DNA of 64,000 nucleotides from the human T2T-CHM13v2.0 reference genome, Homo sapiens (GCF_009914755.1 NC_060947.1); one strand, 5' to 3'. Shown: positions 13,743-28,114, numbered from the stretch's first letter. A program made the numbers and translations. The notes: generated by a model not told the origin, from the letters alone.

Positions 13743-13868
13743 ACATTTCCATGGAAATTGCAGAGTAAGTACCACCAGTGTCTATCCAAAAAAGATATAT
13801 TAACCTACATTTCCATGGAAATTGCAGAGTAAGTACCACAAGTGTCTATCCAAAAAAGATATATTAAC
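13743..13868. repeat. Tandem duplication of a 62-bp unit
   Basis: Copies at 13743-13804 and 13807-13868 differ by one base and are separated by a 2-nt spacer. Confidence 0.95.
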
Positions 13869-14789
13869 ATAAGGAAAAGTTATTGAGACATATGATTCAC
13901 CAGTTTTTATTTCCAAGATTTTTAAATCTATCAGTTTAGAGCCAATTGTAAAGTTTTCTTAGCTGAGGGTTTTATCCTTCTATTGGCTTTACTGATTTTC
14001 TTATTCCTGAAATTTATTCATCCTGTGGTATTTTTATCTATAGATTTTCCTAAAATGTTCTTTTTTTAAAAATAACATATAGTTTTCTTTCTTTTCTCCC
14101 TTTATATATTGACAAATATAGGAATTACTTCTGTTAGTAAAATGTTCTAATTGAGTGGTTAAAACAGTAGTTTTGCATTTCTTCTTTATATTTCTCTAGA
14201 TTGTCCCCAAACTGAATAGCTGCTGAGCAATAGTCTGTCCTTGTCATACTGCCATTTTTTACTCAACCTGGGTTTGGATAGTTGTCAAGATAGCCAATAC
14301 TCAGTTTGCTAAGACTAGAGTGCAGTTTTGGTCCTCAACTCTGTCCATGCCAGTGATTTTTCAAAAAGCCTCAACAAACCACTTATAGAAATCAGTGGAG
14401 GCACTCGCCCTTTTCTGGGTACAATGCTGTAACATTTTCTAGCTCACCTTTGTAGAAAGCCTTCAAGTAAAGTCACCAAGAAATCCCTTCAGTGGGCTGC
14501 TAGTGCACTTAATTCTTCTGTAGTTGTAGGTGGTGGTGGATAATAGCCCTCTCTTGGTCACAGTGACTTTTCATGTAGGGGACCTATTTTTAGACTGTCT
14601 ACTTGTTGCTAGAAAGTCTGCTGATTGCAAAATCTTCTGCAACAACCAGTGTAAGCAACCATGCTTGGGTCTGTAAACACAAAACATGCTGTGCAGTATT
14701 TCTGCAAACTTCTATGAGTCTTCCAGGTCACAGAAAAAGAAGTCTTTAGATAATTGATACCAACCAGTGAGAAAAGCATGTATATTCTT

Positions 14790-15120
14790 TTTCTTTTCTT
14801 TTGTTTTCTTTTTTTTTTTTTTTTTGAGACAGAGTCTCGCTCTGTTGACCAGCCTGGAGTGGAGTGCAGTGACATGATCTTGGCTCACTGCAACCTCTGC
14901 TTCCTGGGTTCAAGTGATTATCTTGCCTCAGCCTCCCAAGTAGCAGGGATTATAGGCACCTGCCACCACGCCGGGCTATTTTTTATTTTTTTATTTTTTA
15001 GTAGAGATTGGGTTTTATCATGTTGGCCAGGCTGGTCTCAAACTTCTGACCTCAAATGGTCCACCCACCTCGGCCTCTTAAAGTGCGGGGATTACAAATA
15101 TGAGCCACCGTGCCTGGCCA
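14790..15120 (-). mobile_element. Alu (S/J)
   Basis: Dimeric Alu with T-tail; approximate TSD CATGT(A/G)TATTCTT. Confidence 0.92.
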
Positions 15121-16253
15121 CACATGTGTATTCTTAATTAATTTACCCCCGATGGGTGTGGGTAACCTCTCAATGGCATAAGCTTTGTTGGTGATCTGAA
15201 TATAACGGATTGATTTATTTTTTGTCTAGAGAAAGAAAAAATATAGAGTTATATGGCACTTTTGTCCCCTTTTCTGTATTAGTGAGCAGTCTAATACCTT
15301 TTTTCTCTTTTTTTCAAGTGACTAATAAAAATACTCTCCATCATTCTGCCTATATATGAAGACACAGCCTGATCTTCAAATTATCAATTATTCTGTGGTC
15401 ATGTTTATTTTTTTATGTCTGTTTTCCTAGCTGTATGGTGTGTGAATGAGAACAGACTCTTGGATGTGGAATCTAGGCTCAGATATGAAGTGGACTTGGC
15501 TAGGTCATAAAGCACACAAACCCATGTCCTCATACAGAGCAGAAAATGTACTACCAATGAAACAGTTTGTGCCCTCATTTATTTTTTTTTTCAGGGAAAT
15601 CCACTAATGAAGTAGCCATCTGAAATATTAGCATCTCTCTATTTTTTTAAAGTAGTCAGATTAATGCAAGGACATCATAGAGAGAAGAAATGGCAGAAAA
15701 AAGTAGAAAGGGTTTTTTTTAAAAGACAAGGTGCCTTTAATTTTCATATATATTTTCCATTTCCTTTAACTATTTTCTGGCTATCCAAATGATTTTTAAC
15801 TTCACTCTTAGAATGGTAGCAATACCATAAATACTAGTAATTTATTTACTTGAAATGAGACCCTGCCAAGAACCTCCACAAATATGTCAATTTATACCAA
15901 TCAAAAGAACTATTCTTGGGCCATTACAAGACTAGATTATCACATGTATACTCATTCCAACCAGGACAGAGATATTTTAGTTCTTAAACAGAAATAACTG
16001 GAAGTAACCTTTCTGGCTTCCAGTACTTTTCCATGATCAAAACTAGTGATGACCTTGATGAGATTTTAAAGGCTATTTTACCATGCTTTTTCAATAGCAA
16101 TATACTGAATTTGGAAGGGTCAATTTATTCAGCTAGTATTCTAAAAAGTATGGAAATAGAAGGGAGATTTTTTAATATATACAATTAAGGCTCTACCTGA
16201 CTTTTATGGAATCACAAAACTTTCAATTGGTCTGCTAAATTCAACGACTGCCA

Positions 16254-16271
16254 ATCTCATCCTCATCACTA
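16254..16271 (-). other. Retroviral primer-binding site, tRNA-Ser(GCU)-like
   Basis: Minus TAGTGATGAGGATGAGAT versus expected TGGCGACGAGGATGGGAT is 14/18. All mismatches are transitions, two of them at CpG. It lies a few nt from the LTR edge. Confidence 0.7.
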
Positions 16272-16274
16272 AAA

Positions 16275-16710
16275 TTTTGGGAAATACATAATTTAAAACA
16301 AAACTTGCCCTCAATCTGAAAACCTCTTCACAAAGGTAGAAAAAAAGAACACTTTTTAAAATTAAATAAGCATTAAACCAGGCTGTGATACACATATAAG
16401 GCAATTCACTTGAGATACTGAAGACAGAATGAAAACTTACTTGTATATAGCAAAGTGGATACAACCCATTACATTCATGCTTTCAAAATAAAATTACTAG
16501 TTTTATACTATTTTTATCATATAAGTAGAGCTTGCAGTTTGGAGTCAGGTGACAGCTAAAATTAGGCCCATTATCTCCCAGAAGACTGAGAGATCAGGTA
16601 TTATTTTATACTTCAAAGAGTTGGCTCTCAGGTCCTAAGTTGTGAAGTCCATGACAGGCTTATTTAATATTTGACTTTATGGTGGGTTCTTATTTTCTGG
16701 GATTTTACTA
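16275..16710 (-). mobile_element. MER34/MER39-like ERV1 LTR (5' LTR of the remnant; right boundary approximate)
   Basis: AATAAGCATTAAACCAG..TGTGAT..ACAT and GATACAACCCATTACAT motifs recalled from MER34 LTRs; adjacent PBS. Confidence 0.6.
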
Positions 16711-17707
16711 TGTCACTTTTCAACCACCATAGTAGCCACAGGTTCCATCATTGCAGTTTTGTAATGGAGTTATAGGTATTTTGGGCCACAGGGGCTGGGA
16801 TATGCCCTCAAGCAAAAAGCAAAAGTCTCTCTAAACATAAATTTGTATCCTCTTTACTTCTTTGCTATTGACTCCTCTCCAGTTTCTGCTTGCTCTGGTA
16901 GCTCTCCAGTTCCACTGGAGTTGCTGTCATTTCAAGAGTATACTTTGTGCAGATTTTATAATGTTTATCTGTGGGCAGGTCATTTCTATACAAGCTACTC
17001 TGGCATTACTAAAAACTTAATTCTTCTCTTTTCAGCACCCAATATTATAACATTATTTCTCAATCTTATCTTTTGTTTTTCCCATGTGCTGCTTCTTATC
17101 AAAGACTATCTTGATGCAACATTATAATTTTTATGACTTCTTGCCATTTATTTAAAAATCTTGTATACTCAGATTCCTAATCTAGAAAAGATTCAATTAT
17201 ATATGTGTTACCAAATAGAAATCTAGTTTTATTTTTCCATATAGGTAGCACAGTTTCTAATCTTATTTATTGTACAATCCATTATTTTTCCACTCAACTG
17301 AAAAACCATTTTTGCCATAAAAAACTTTGCATATACTCACTGATCTTTAAATGGGCTTTTCATGTAGTTTTTCTAATCAATTTAATTATTAGAATTTTAA
17401 GAGAAGTATTAGCTGAGGTTCCAGAACCACATCTGTAAATCCATGTTCCACATCAGCCCCTGCAGCCCCAGACACCAGGCCCACTACAACTGAATCTGGT
17501 TCCAGGTGAACCCCAGCAATAGTATAACACAGTCATTGTGGTGTGTAAACTACTGTTATCTTAAGTAGAAATACTAAATAATGAACCAATTCAAAATAAT
17601 AAATACAGTTTTTCCAACATAGAGAATACAATGAGATATAAAAGAAAACAACAAATAATTAAAAAGTGGGGGAATGATATTAAAGTGTAGAGTTTCCATT
17701 AGTTTTA

Positions 17708-17710
<3 letters not shown>

Positions 17711-17744
<34 letters not shown>
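17711..17744. repeat. (GT)17 microsatellite
   Basis: Perfect GT run. Confidence 0.97.
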
Positions 17745-17746
<2 letters not shown>

Positions 17747-19248
17747 TTTAGACAATAAGTGGTAAGTTGTCATCAATTTAAAATGATGGGATACAAGATA
17801 ATATTTGGAAGCCTCAAGGTAACCTCATATTGAAAAATAAACAGTTGATACATAAGAAAACAAATAGCAAAAATGTATATCATACCACCATACAAAATCA
17901 CCTTCACTAAAAGAAAGACAGGAAGAAAGAAAAGAAGAGGAAGCTTCAAAACAACAGAAAACAAATGAAAAATGGCAGAAGTAAACCCTTACTATCAATA
18001 ATAACACTACATGTAAATTGACTAAACTCTCCAAAAACATAGACTGGATGAATGGATAAAAAACAAGAACCTATCATCTGTTGACAAAAAGAGACACACT
18101 TTACTTATAAAGCTTTACGTAGATTTAAAATAAAAGAATGGAAAAAGATATTTCATGGCAATTGAAACAAAAAGAAATGCAGGAGTAAGTATATTTATAT
18201 CAGGCAAAATTTATTTCAAGACAAAAATTGTAAGAAGAGATAAATAAGGTCATTATATAATGATGAACAGGTCAATTCAGCAAAAAAAACTAATTGGAAA
18301 TATATATGCATTTGATAATAGAGCACCTAGATATATAAAGCAAACATTATTAGAGCTAAAGAGAGGGATAGACACCACTACAACAATAGCTGGAGACCTC
18401 AACATCCCACTTTCAGCATTGGACTGATCTTCCAGAAAGAAAATTTGAAAGATATATCAGACTTAATTTGCACTATAGAACAAATAGATGTAATAGATAC
18501 TTACAGAACATTTTTTTCAATGGCTGCAGAATACACATTCTTCTTCTCAGTAGGGGGATTATTCTCATGGAAGGACCATATATTAGGTCACAACAAAACT
18601 CTTAAACCATTTCAAAAATGAAATAATATCAAGCATTTTCTCTGACCACAGTGAAATAAAACTAGAAATCGAGCACAAGAGGAATTTTGAAAACTATGCA
18701 AACACTTGGAAATTAAGCAACACGCTCTTGAATGATGAATGGGTCATAAAGAAATTAAGATGAAAATTTTTAAAACTATTGAAACAAATGAAAATGGAAA
18801 CACAACATACCAAAACCACTGCATCAGATATAGTGAAAGCAGTATAAAGAGGAATACTTATTGCTATAAGTGCCTACATCAAAAAAGTAGAAAAACTTCA
18901 AAATAATAACAATGTATTTCAAAGTATTAAAAATGCAAGAACAAACCAAAACAAAAATTAGTAGAAGAAAAGAAATAATAAAGATTGAGCAGAAATAAAT
19001 GAAATAGAAATAAAGAAAACAATACAAAAATCAATAGAATGAATAGTTGGTTTTTTTGAATAGATAAACAAAATGTATAGAATTTATTCTAATGAAGAAG
19101 AAAAGACCCAAATAAGTATAATCAGAGATGGAAAGGAAACATTACAACTTACACTATAGCAATTTAAGAAATCATTAGTGGCTACTATGAGCAACTATAT
19201 GTCAGTACATTTGAAAATCTAGAGGAAATGGATAAATTCCTAGACACA

Positions 19249-22200
19249 GAGGAGATCTGGCAAGATGGCCGAATAGGAACAGGTCCGATATGCAGCTCCC
19301 AGCGAGACCAACGCAGAAGGAGGGTGATTTCTGCATTTCCAAATGAGGTACCCAGTTCATTTCACTGGGACTGGTTAGACAGTGGGTGCAGCGCACGGAA
19401 GGTGAGCAGAAGCAGTGTGGGGCATCGCCTCACCCAGGAAGTGCAAGGAGCCAGGGAGCTCCCTCCCCCAGCCAAGGGTAGCCATGAGGGACTGTGCTAT
19501 CCTGCCCAGGTACAACACTTTTCCCACGGTTTTTGCAATCCACAGATCAGGAGATTCCCTTGTGTGCCTATACCACCAGGGCCCTGGGTTTCAAGCACAA
19601 AACTGGGCAGCTGTTTGAGAAGACACCGAGCTAGTGCAGAGTTTTTATTTTATTTTATTTTTGTACCCAGTGGTACCTGGAACCCCTTTGAGGCAGAACC
19701 ATTCACTCCCCTGGAAAGGGGGCTGAAGCCAGGGAGCCGAGCAGTCTCACTCAGCAGATCCCACTCCCATGGAGGCCAGCAAGCTAAGAAACGCTGGCTT
19801 GAAATTCTCACTGCCAGCACAGCAGTCTGAAGTTGACCTGGGATGATTGAGCTTGGTGACAGGAGGGGCGTTCATCATTACTGAGGCTTTAGTAGGTGGT
19901 TTTCCCCTGGCAGTGCTAAGTAGGCCTGTTGGTTTGGATTGGGTGGAATTCATCACAGCATGGCAAAGCAGCTGTGGCCAGACTGCCTCTCTAGAGTCCT
20001 TCTTCATGAGTAGGATATCTCTAAAAGAAAGGCAAGAGCCCCAGCCAGGTGCTTTTAGATAAAACTCTCATCTCCCTGGGACAGAGCACCTGGGGGAATG
20101 GGCAGCTGTGGGTGCAGCTTCTGTGGACTTAAACATTCTTGCCTGCTGGCTCTGAAGAGAGAATCTGTTCCTGACAAGACTCTCCCAGCATAACACTCAA
20201 GCTCTGCTAAGGGACAGACTTCCTCCCCAAGTGGGTCCCAGACCCCTGTGTCTCCTGAATGGGAGAGACCTCCCAACAGAGATTGACAGACACCTCATAC
20301 AAGAGAGCTCTGGCTGCATCAGGTCAGTGCCCCTCTGGGACAAAGCTTCCAGAGGAAGAAGCAGGCAGCAATCTTTGCTGTCCTGCAGCCTCCACTGGTG
20401 ATACCCAAGCAAACAGGGTCTACAGTGGACCCCCAGCAAACTTCAACAGACCTGCAGAAGAGGGGCCTGACTCTTAGAAGAAAAACTAACAAGCAGAAAG
20501 GAACAACATCAACATCAACAAAAAGAACCCCCACATAAACATCCTATCCAAAGGTCATCAGCCTCAATGACCAAAGGTAAATAAATCCATGAAGATGAGG
20601 AAAGACCAGTGCAAAAATGCTAATTCCAAAAACCACAGTGACTCTTCTCCTCCAAATGATCGCAACTCTTCTCCAACAAGGGCACAAACCTGAACAGAGA
20701 ATGAGATTGATGAATTGACAGAAGTAGGCTTCAGAGGTGGGTAATAACAAACTCCTTTGAGCTAAAGGAGCATGTCTTAACCAACACAAGCTGAGAACCT
20801 TCATACAAGATTACAGTAACTGCTAACTAAACAAACCAGTTTAGAGAGGAACACAAATGACCTGATGGAGCTGAAAAACAGAGCACAAGAACTTCATAAA
20901 GCATACACAAGTATCAATAGCCGAATTCATCAAGCAGAAGAAAGTATATCAGAGATTGAAGATCAACTTACTGAAGTAAGGCATGAAGACAAGATTAGAG
21001 AAAAAAGAATAAAAAGGAACAAACCAAGCCTCCAAAAAATATGAAACTATGAGAAAAGATGAAACCTACGATTGATGTATATACCTGAAAGTGATGGGTA
21101 GAATGGAACCAAGTTGGAAACACACTTCAGGGTATTACCCAGGAGAACTTCCTCAACCTAGCAAGATAGGCCAACATTCAAATTCAGAAAATACAGAGAA
21201 AACCATTAAGACTTCTAGAGAAGAGCAACTCCAAGACACATAATCATCAGATTCTCCAAGGTTTAAATGAAAGAAAAAATGTTAAGGGCAGCCAGAGAGA
21301 TAGGTCAGGTTACCTACAAAGGGAAGCCCATCAGACTAAGAGTGGATCTCTCTGCAGAAACCCTACAAGCCAGAAGAGAGTTGGGGCCAATATTCAACAT
21401 TCTTAAAGAAAAGAAATCAACCCAGAATTTCATATCCAGTCAAACTAAGCTTCATAAGCAAAGAAGAAATAAAATCCTTTCCAGAAAAGCAAATACCAAG
21501 ATATTTTTGTTTCTACCATACCTGTCGTACAAAGAGCTCTTGAAAGAAGCACTAAATATGAAAAGGAAAAACTAGTACCTGCCACTGCAAAAACACACCG
21601 AAATATAAAGACCAATGACACTATGAAGAAACTGCTTCAACTAATGTGCAAAACAAGCAGCTAGCATCATGATGACAGGATGAAATTCACACATAACAAT
21701 ATTAACCTTAAATGTAAATGGGTTAAATGCCCCAATTAAAAGACACGGACTGGCAAATTAGATAAAGAGTCAAGACCAATCGATGTGCTGTATTCAGGAG
21801 ACATATATCACCTGCAAAGACACACATAGGCTCAAAATAAAGGGATGGAGGAATAGGAATTTTACCATACAAATGAAAAGCAAAAAAAAAAAAAAAAAAA
21901 AAAAAAGCAGAGTTTGCAATCATGGTCTCTGATAAAACAAACTTTAAACCAACAAAGATCAAAAAAGACAAAGAAGGGCATTATATAATGGTAAAGGCAT
22001 CAATTCAACAAGAAGAGCTAAGTATCCTAAATATATATGCACTTAATACATGAGCACCCAGATTTGTAAAACAAGTTCTTACAGACCTACAAACAGAGTT
22101 AGACTCCCACATAATAACAGTGGAAGACTTTAACACCCCACTGTCAATATTAGATCAATGAGACAGAAAATTAACAAGGATATTCAGGACTTGAACCCAG

Positions 22201-25200
22201 CTCTGGATCAAGTGGACCTAATAGACAAATACAGAACTCTCCACCCCCAAGTAAACAGAATACACATTCTTCTCAGTGCCACATAGCATGTAGTTTAAAA
22301 TCGACCACATAATTGAAATTGAAACACTCCTTAGCAAATGCAAAAAAAAAAAAAAAAAGGAAATCATAACAAACAGTCCCTCACACCACATGTAATCAAA
22401 TTAGAACTCAGGATTAAGAAACTCACCCAAAACCACAAAATTACAAAAAAACTGAACAATCTGCTCCTGAATGACTAAGGGGCAAATAATGAAATTAAAG
22501 TCGAAATAAAAAAGTTCTCTGAAAGCAGTGAGAACAAAAACACAATGTACCAGAATCTCTGGGACACAGCTAAAGCCATGTTAAGAGGAAAACTTATAGC
22601 ACTAAATGCCCACATCAGAAAGCTGGAAAGACCTAAAATCAACACCCTATCATGACATTAAAAGAAGTAGAAAAGCAAGAGCAAACAAATTCAAAAGCTA
22701 GCAGAAGACAAGAAATAACTAAGATCAGAGCAGAACTGCAGGAGATGAAGACAGGAAAAACCCTTCAAAAAATTCATGAATCCAGGAACGGGTTTTTTTT
22801 AAAAAGGTTAACAAAATAGATGGACCATTAGTTAGACTAATGAAAAAGAAAAGAGAAGAATCAAATAGACACAATAAAAAATGATAAAAGGGACATCATC
22901 ACTGATCCCACAGAAATACAGCCTAGCATCAGAGAATACTATAAACACCTCTACACAAACAAACCAGAAAATTGAGGAGAAATGGATAAATTCCTGGACA
23001 CATACACCCTCCCAAGACTAAACCAGGAAGAAGTTGAATCCCTGAAGAGACCAATAAAAAGTTCTAAAATTGAGGCAGTAATTAATAGCCTACCAACCAA
23101 AAAAAGCCCAGGACCAGACGGATTCACAGCCAAATTATACTAAAGAGGAGCTGTATCATTCCTTCTGAAATTATTCCAAACAACAGAAAAAGAGGAAATC
23201 CGCCCTAACTCCTTTTATGAGGCCAGCATCATCTGGATACTAAAACCTGGAAGAGACACAACAACAACAAAATATTTCAGGCCAATATCTCTGATGAACA
23301 TCGATGTGAAATTCCTCAGTAAAATACTGGCAAACTAATCCAGCAGCACACCAAAAAGCTGATCCACCATGATCAAGTCAGCTTCATCCCTGGGATGCAA
23401 GGCTGGTTCAACATACACAAATCAATAAACATAATCCATCACATAAACAGAACCTATGACAAAAACCACATGATTATCTCAACAGATGTAGAAAAGGTCT
23501 TTGATAAAAATTCAACACCTTTTCATGCTAAAATCTCTCAATGAACTAGGCATTGATGGAACATATCTCAAAATAATAAGACCTATTTATAATGAACACA
23601 TAGCCAATATCATATTAAATGGGCAAAAGCTAGAAGCATTCCCTTTGAAACCCAGCAGTAGAAAAGGATGCCCTCCCACACCACTCCTATTCAACATAGT
23701 ACTGGAAGTTCTGGCCAGGGCAATTAGGCAAGAGAAAAAAATAAGGGGTATTCAAATAGGAAGAGAGGAAGTCAAATTGTCTATGTTTGCAGATGACATG
23801 ATTGTATATTTCGAAAACCCCGTCATCGCAGCCCCAGAACTCCTTTAGCTGATAAACAACTTTGGCAAAGTCTCAGGATACAAAATCAATGTGCAAAAAT
23901 CACAAGCATTCCTATACATTAGGAATAGACAAACAGAGAGCCAAATCATGAGTGAACTCTCATTCACAATTGCTACAAAGAGAATAAAACACCTAGGAAT
24001 ACAATTTACAAGGGCGGTGAAGGACCTCCTCTAGGAGAACTACAAACCACTGCTTAAGGAAATAAGAGAGGACACAAACAAATGAAAATAATTTCACGCT
24101 GGTGTATAGAAAGAATCAATATTTCAAAAATGGCCATACTGCCCAAAGTGATTTGTAGATTTAATGCCATTCCCATGAAACTATCATTGGCTTTCTTTGC
24201 AGAATCAGAAAAAACGACCTTAAATTTCATATGGAAACAAAAATGAGCCTGTATAGCCAAGACAATCCTAAGCAAAAAGAGCAAATCTGGAGGCATCACC
24301 CTACCTGACTTCAAACTATACTACAAGGCTGCAGTAACCAAAACAGCATGGTACTGGTCCAAAGCAGATATATAGACCAATGGAACAGAACATAGGCCTC
24401 AGAAATAACACCACACATCTACAACCATCTGATCTTCAACAATCCTGACAAAAACAGCAATGTTTATTTAATAAACAGTGCTGGAAAAACTGCCTAGCTA
24501 TATGCAGAAAATTGAAAATAGATCCCTTCATTACAACTTATACAAAAATTAACTTAAGGCAGATTAAACACTTAAATGTAAAACCTAAAACTATAAAAAC
24601 CCTAGAAGAAAACCTAAGCAATACCATTGAGGACATAGGCATGGGCAAGGACTTAATTACTAAAACACAAAAAGCAATTACAACAAAAGCCAAAACTGAC
24701 AAATGGGGTCTTATTAAACTAAAAAGCTTCCGTAAAGCAAAAGAAACTGTCAGCAGAGTGAACAGGCAACCTATAGAATAGGATAAAAGTTTTGCAGTCT
24801 ATCCATCTGACAAAAGGTTAATATCCAGAATCTACAAGGAATTTAAACATATTTATAAGAAACAAACAAACAAACAACCCCATCAAAAAGTGGGCAAAGG
24901 ATATGAACATACACTTCTCAAAAGAAGACATTTATGTGGCCAAAAAACATATAAAAAAGGCTAATCATCACTGGTCATTAGAGAAATGCAAATCAAAACC
25001 ACAATGAGATACAATCTCACATCAGATAGAATGGTGATCATTAAAAAGTAAGGAAACAGCTGGGCGTGGTGGCTCAGGCCTGTAATCCCAGCACTTTGGG
25101 AGGCCAAGGTTGGCCGATCATGAGTTCAGGAGTTCAAGACCAGCCTGGCTAACATGGTGAAACCCCACCTATACTAAAAATACGAAAAAATTAGCTGGGC

Positions 25201-25971
25201 ATGGTGGTGTATTCCTGAAATCTCAGCTACTCGGGAGGCTGAGGCAGGAAAATTGCTTGAACCAGGACCCGGGAGGCAGAGGTTGTAGTGAGCCGAGATC
25301 ATGCCACTGCATTTCAGCTTGGGCTACACAGTGAGACTCCATCTCAAAATAATAATAATAATAAATTAAATAAATAAAAGAAGGAAACAACAGATCTTGG
25401 TGAGGCTGTGGAGAAAAAGAATGCCTTTACACTCTTGGTGGGAGTGTAAATTAGTTCAACCATTGTGGAAGACAGTGTGGTGATTTCTCAAGGATCTAGG
25501 ACCAGAAATACCATTTGACCCAGCAATTCCATCACTGGATATATACCCAAAGGATTATAAATCATCTTACTTTAAAGACACATCCACACGTATGTTTGTT
25601 GCAGTACTATTTACAATAGCAAAGACTTGGAACAAACCCAGATGCCCATCAATGATAGACTGGATAAAGAAAATGTGGCACATATGCACCATGAAATACT
25701 ATGCAGTCGTGAAAAAAACCAAACACCACATGTTCTCACTCATAAGTGGGAGTTGAACAATGAGAACACATGGACACAGGGAGAGGAGCATCACACACTG
25801 GGGCCTGTCGGGGGTGTGGGACAAGTGGAGGGAGAGCCTTAGTACAAATTCCTAATGCATGCAGGGCTTAAAACCTAGATGATGCATTGATAGGTGCAGC
25901 AAACCACTATGGCACATATATACCTATGTAACAAACCTGCACTTTCTGCATGTGTATCACAGTACTTAAAA
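19249..25971 (+). mobile_element. Full-length defective L1PA8-like LINE-1
   Basis: 5' UTR CAAGATGGCCGAATAGGAAC; ORF1 from ~20595 and ORF2 from ~21672, both broken; L1PA8-type 3' UTR. Perfect 15-bp TSD AAATTCCTAGACACA at 19234-19248 and 25972-25986. Confidence 0.92.
25058..25375 (+). mobile_element. AluS (Sg-like) inside L1PA8 ORF2
   Basis: Dimeric Alu with approximate TSD AAAAG(T)AAGGAAAC and a 7-nt duplication in GAACCAGGACCCGGG. Confidence 0.9.
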
Positions 25972-27168
25972 AAATTCCTAGACACATACAGCCTATCAAT
26001 ATTGAACCATGAAGAAATACTTAACTTGAACAGACCAATAGCAAGTTATAAGATGGAAGCCATTCTAAAATGTCCCCTAGCAAACAAAGCTGGTGATCCT
26101 ATGGCTTCACTGCTCAATTGAATTGTACCAAGCATTTAAGGAAGAACTAGTAGTAATCATACTCAAAATGTTCTGAAAAAATAGGAATACTTTCACCCTC
26201 AGTCTGAAAGGCCAGTGTAACCCCAATACCAAAAGTAAACAATGACTTATCTAGAAGACACTGCAGGCCAATATCATTGATGAATACTGATGCAAAAATC
26301 TTCAGCAAGATACTAGTAAAACAAATATATTAAAGTGATCAGTTATTATGATCCAGTGGGATTTATCCCATTGATAAAAGGATGGTTCAACATATGCAAA
26401 ACAATCAATATGATACCTCACCTCATGTCACAGAATGAAGAAGAAAAAGTTATATACTCCTTTCAATTGAGTCTGAAAAAGCATTTGTTAAAATCCAAAA
26501 TACCTTCATGATTAAAAAACTTTCACAAAAGTATGTATAGAAAAAACATACATCAGGAAAATAAAAACCATATATGAAAACCCACAGCTAGTATCATACT
26601 TAATGGGGAAAAACTGAAAGTCTTGCTAGAACAACAACAGACAGGTATAAATGGCATCTACAATGGAAAAGAAGAAGTCAAAGTATCCTCGTTTGCAGAA
26701 GATATAACCTTATATTTGAAAAAACCTAAAGACCCCACAAGAAAACTATTAGAACTGAAACAATTTCAGTACAGTTGCAGGATACAACGTCAACATAAAA
26801 AATTAGTAGCATTTCTATATGCCAACAGTGAACAATGTGAGAAAGAAACAAAAAAGTAATCTAATTTAGACTCACCTAAAATTAAATACCTAGGAATTAA
26901 CTTAATCAAATAAGTGAAAGATCTCTATAATAAAAACTATGAAAAACTGATGAAAATAATTTAAAAGGACACCGAAAAATGGAAAAATATTTTATCTTTA
27001 TGTTTTGGAAGAATATTGTTAAAATGTCCATCTACCAAAAGCAATCTACAGATGCAATGCAATCCCTATGAAAATACCAATGACATTATTCAGGGAAATA
27101 TAATAGCAAAAACAATCCTGAAGCTTCCATGGAATCACAAAAGTCCCAGAATGGTCAAAGCTATCCTG

Positions 27169-27202
<34 letters not shown>

Positions 27203-28114
27203 AAAAGAAAAACTGGAGGACTCTCATTACCTGATTTCAAACTCTACTATAGAGCCACAGTAACCAAAACAACATGGAACTGGCATATAAATAGGTACAC
27301 AGAATAATGGAACAGAATAGAACCCAGAAACAAATCCATACACCTAGAGTTAACTCTTTTTCAAGAAAGTTGCCAGGAGCATACATTGCAAAAAGACAGT
27401 CTCGCCATAAATGGTGCTGGGAAAACTGGATATCTATGTGCAGAAGAATTAAAATAGACCCCTATCTCTTGACATATGTGAAAATCAAGCAAAATATTAT
27501 TAGACCTGATATTTGATATATCAAAAATCAAAATATTATTAGACCTGATATTTGATAGCACGACAGTGTGACTATAGTCAATAATTATGTAATTGTCCAT
27601 TTAAAAATAACTAAAGGAGTACAATTGGATTGTTTGCAACACAGAGGATAAATATTTGAGGTGATGAATATCTCATTTAGCGGGAAGTGATTATTACTTT
27701 TTTCATGCCTATATCCAAGCATCCTATGTACCCTATAAATATATACACCAATATTTACCCACAAAACTTAAAAAATTAAAAAGAAGAAATAACATTATAA
27801 ACATTTTCAAATCTGGGGAAATATATAGATGTAACTGAACAATCTCCTATTATGTTCAATCCAAACAAGACTACACCAATCATGTTAACAATCATACTAT
27901 CAGAAATCAAATGCGAGAGAGAATCATGAAAGGAGGAATAGTTAAAAAATCACACAGAAAGAAATGTTAATATGCTGATTTCTGCACAGAAACCTTAAAA
28001 GTCAGTAGCGTTGGATGATACATTCATGATACTGAAAGAAAACCCTGCCAACCAGGAATAATTTACCCCAAAATGCTGTTCCCCACAGGTGAAGAAGAGA
28101 TAAAGACTTTCTGA

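Larger units (their letters stand above)
14200..16274 (-). mobile_element. Degenerate ERV1 internal region (leader plus gag capsid remnant), MER34-like
   Basis: Minus translations DLEDS*KFAEILHSMFCVYRPKHGCLHWLLQKIL (~14630-14730) and CTQKRASASTDFYKWFVEAF*KITGMD (~14345-14425) resemble the gamma-type CA N-terminus and major homology region. They lie downstream of a PBS and an LTR. Confidence 0.55.
17520..27785 (+). mobile_element. L1MA2/3-like element (inter-ORF region, ORF2, 3' UTR) split by L1PA8
   Basis: ORF2 remnants at ~17970-19248 resume at 25972 after the TSD. An L1MA-type 3' end lies at 27540-27785, after an internal deletion at ~27490. Confidence 0.8.

Noticed and set aside
14170-14230. 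Polypyrimidine tract plus AG resembling a splice acceptor
   Set aside because: All three frames stop within about 30 nt, and the region is better explained as antisense ERV sequence.
19228-19830. 200-aa ORF across the L1MA/L1PA8 junction
   Set aside because: This is a chance read-through from host ORF2 into a GC-rich 5' UTR with no recognisable domain.
21882-27210. Long internal A-runs (21882, 22342, 27172) as separate insertions
   Set aside because: They are expansions of native A-runs in L1 ORF2 with no TSD evidence.
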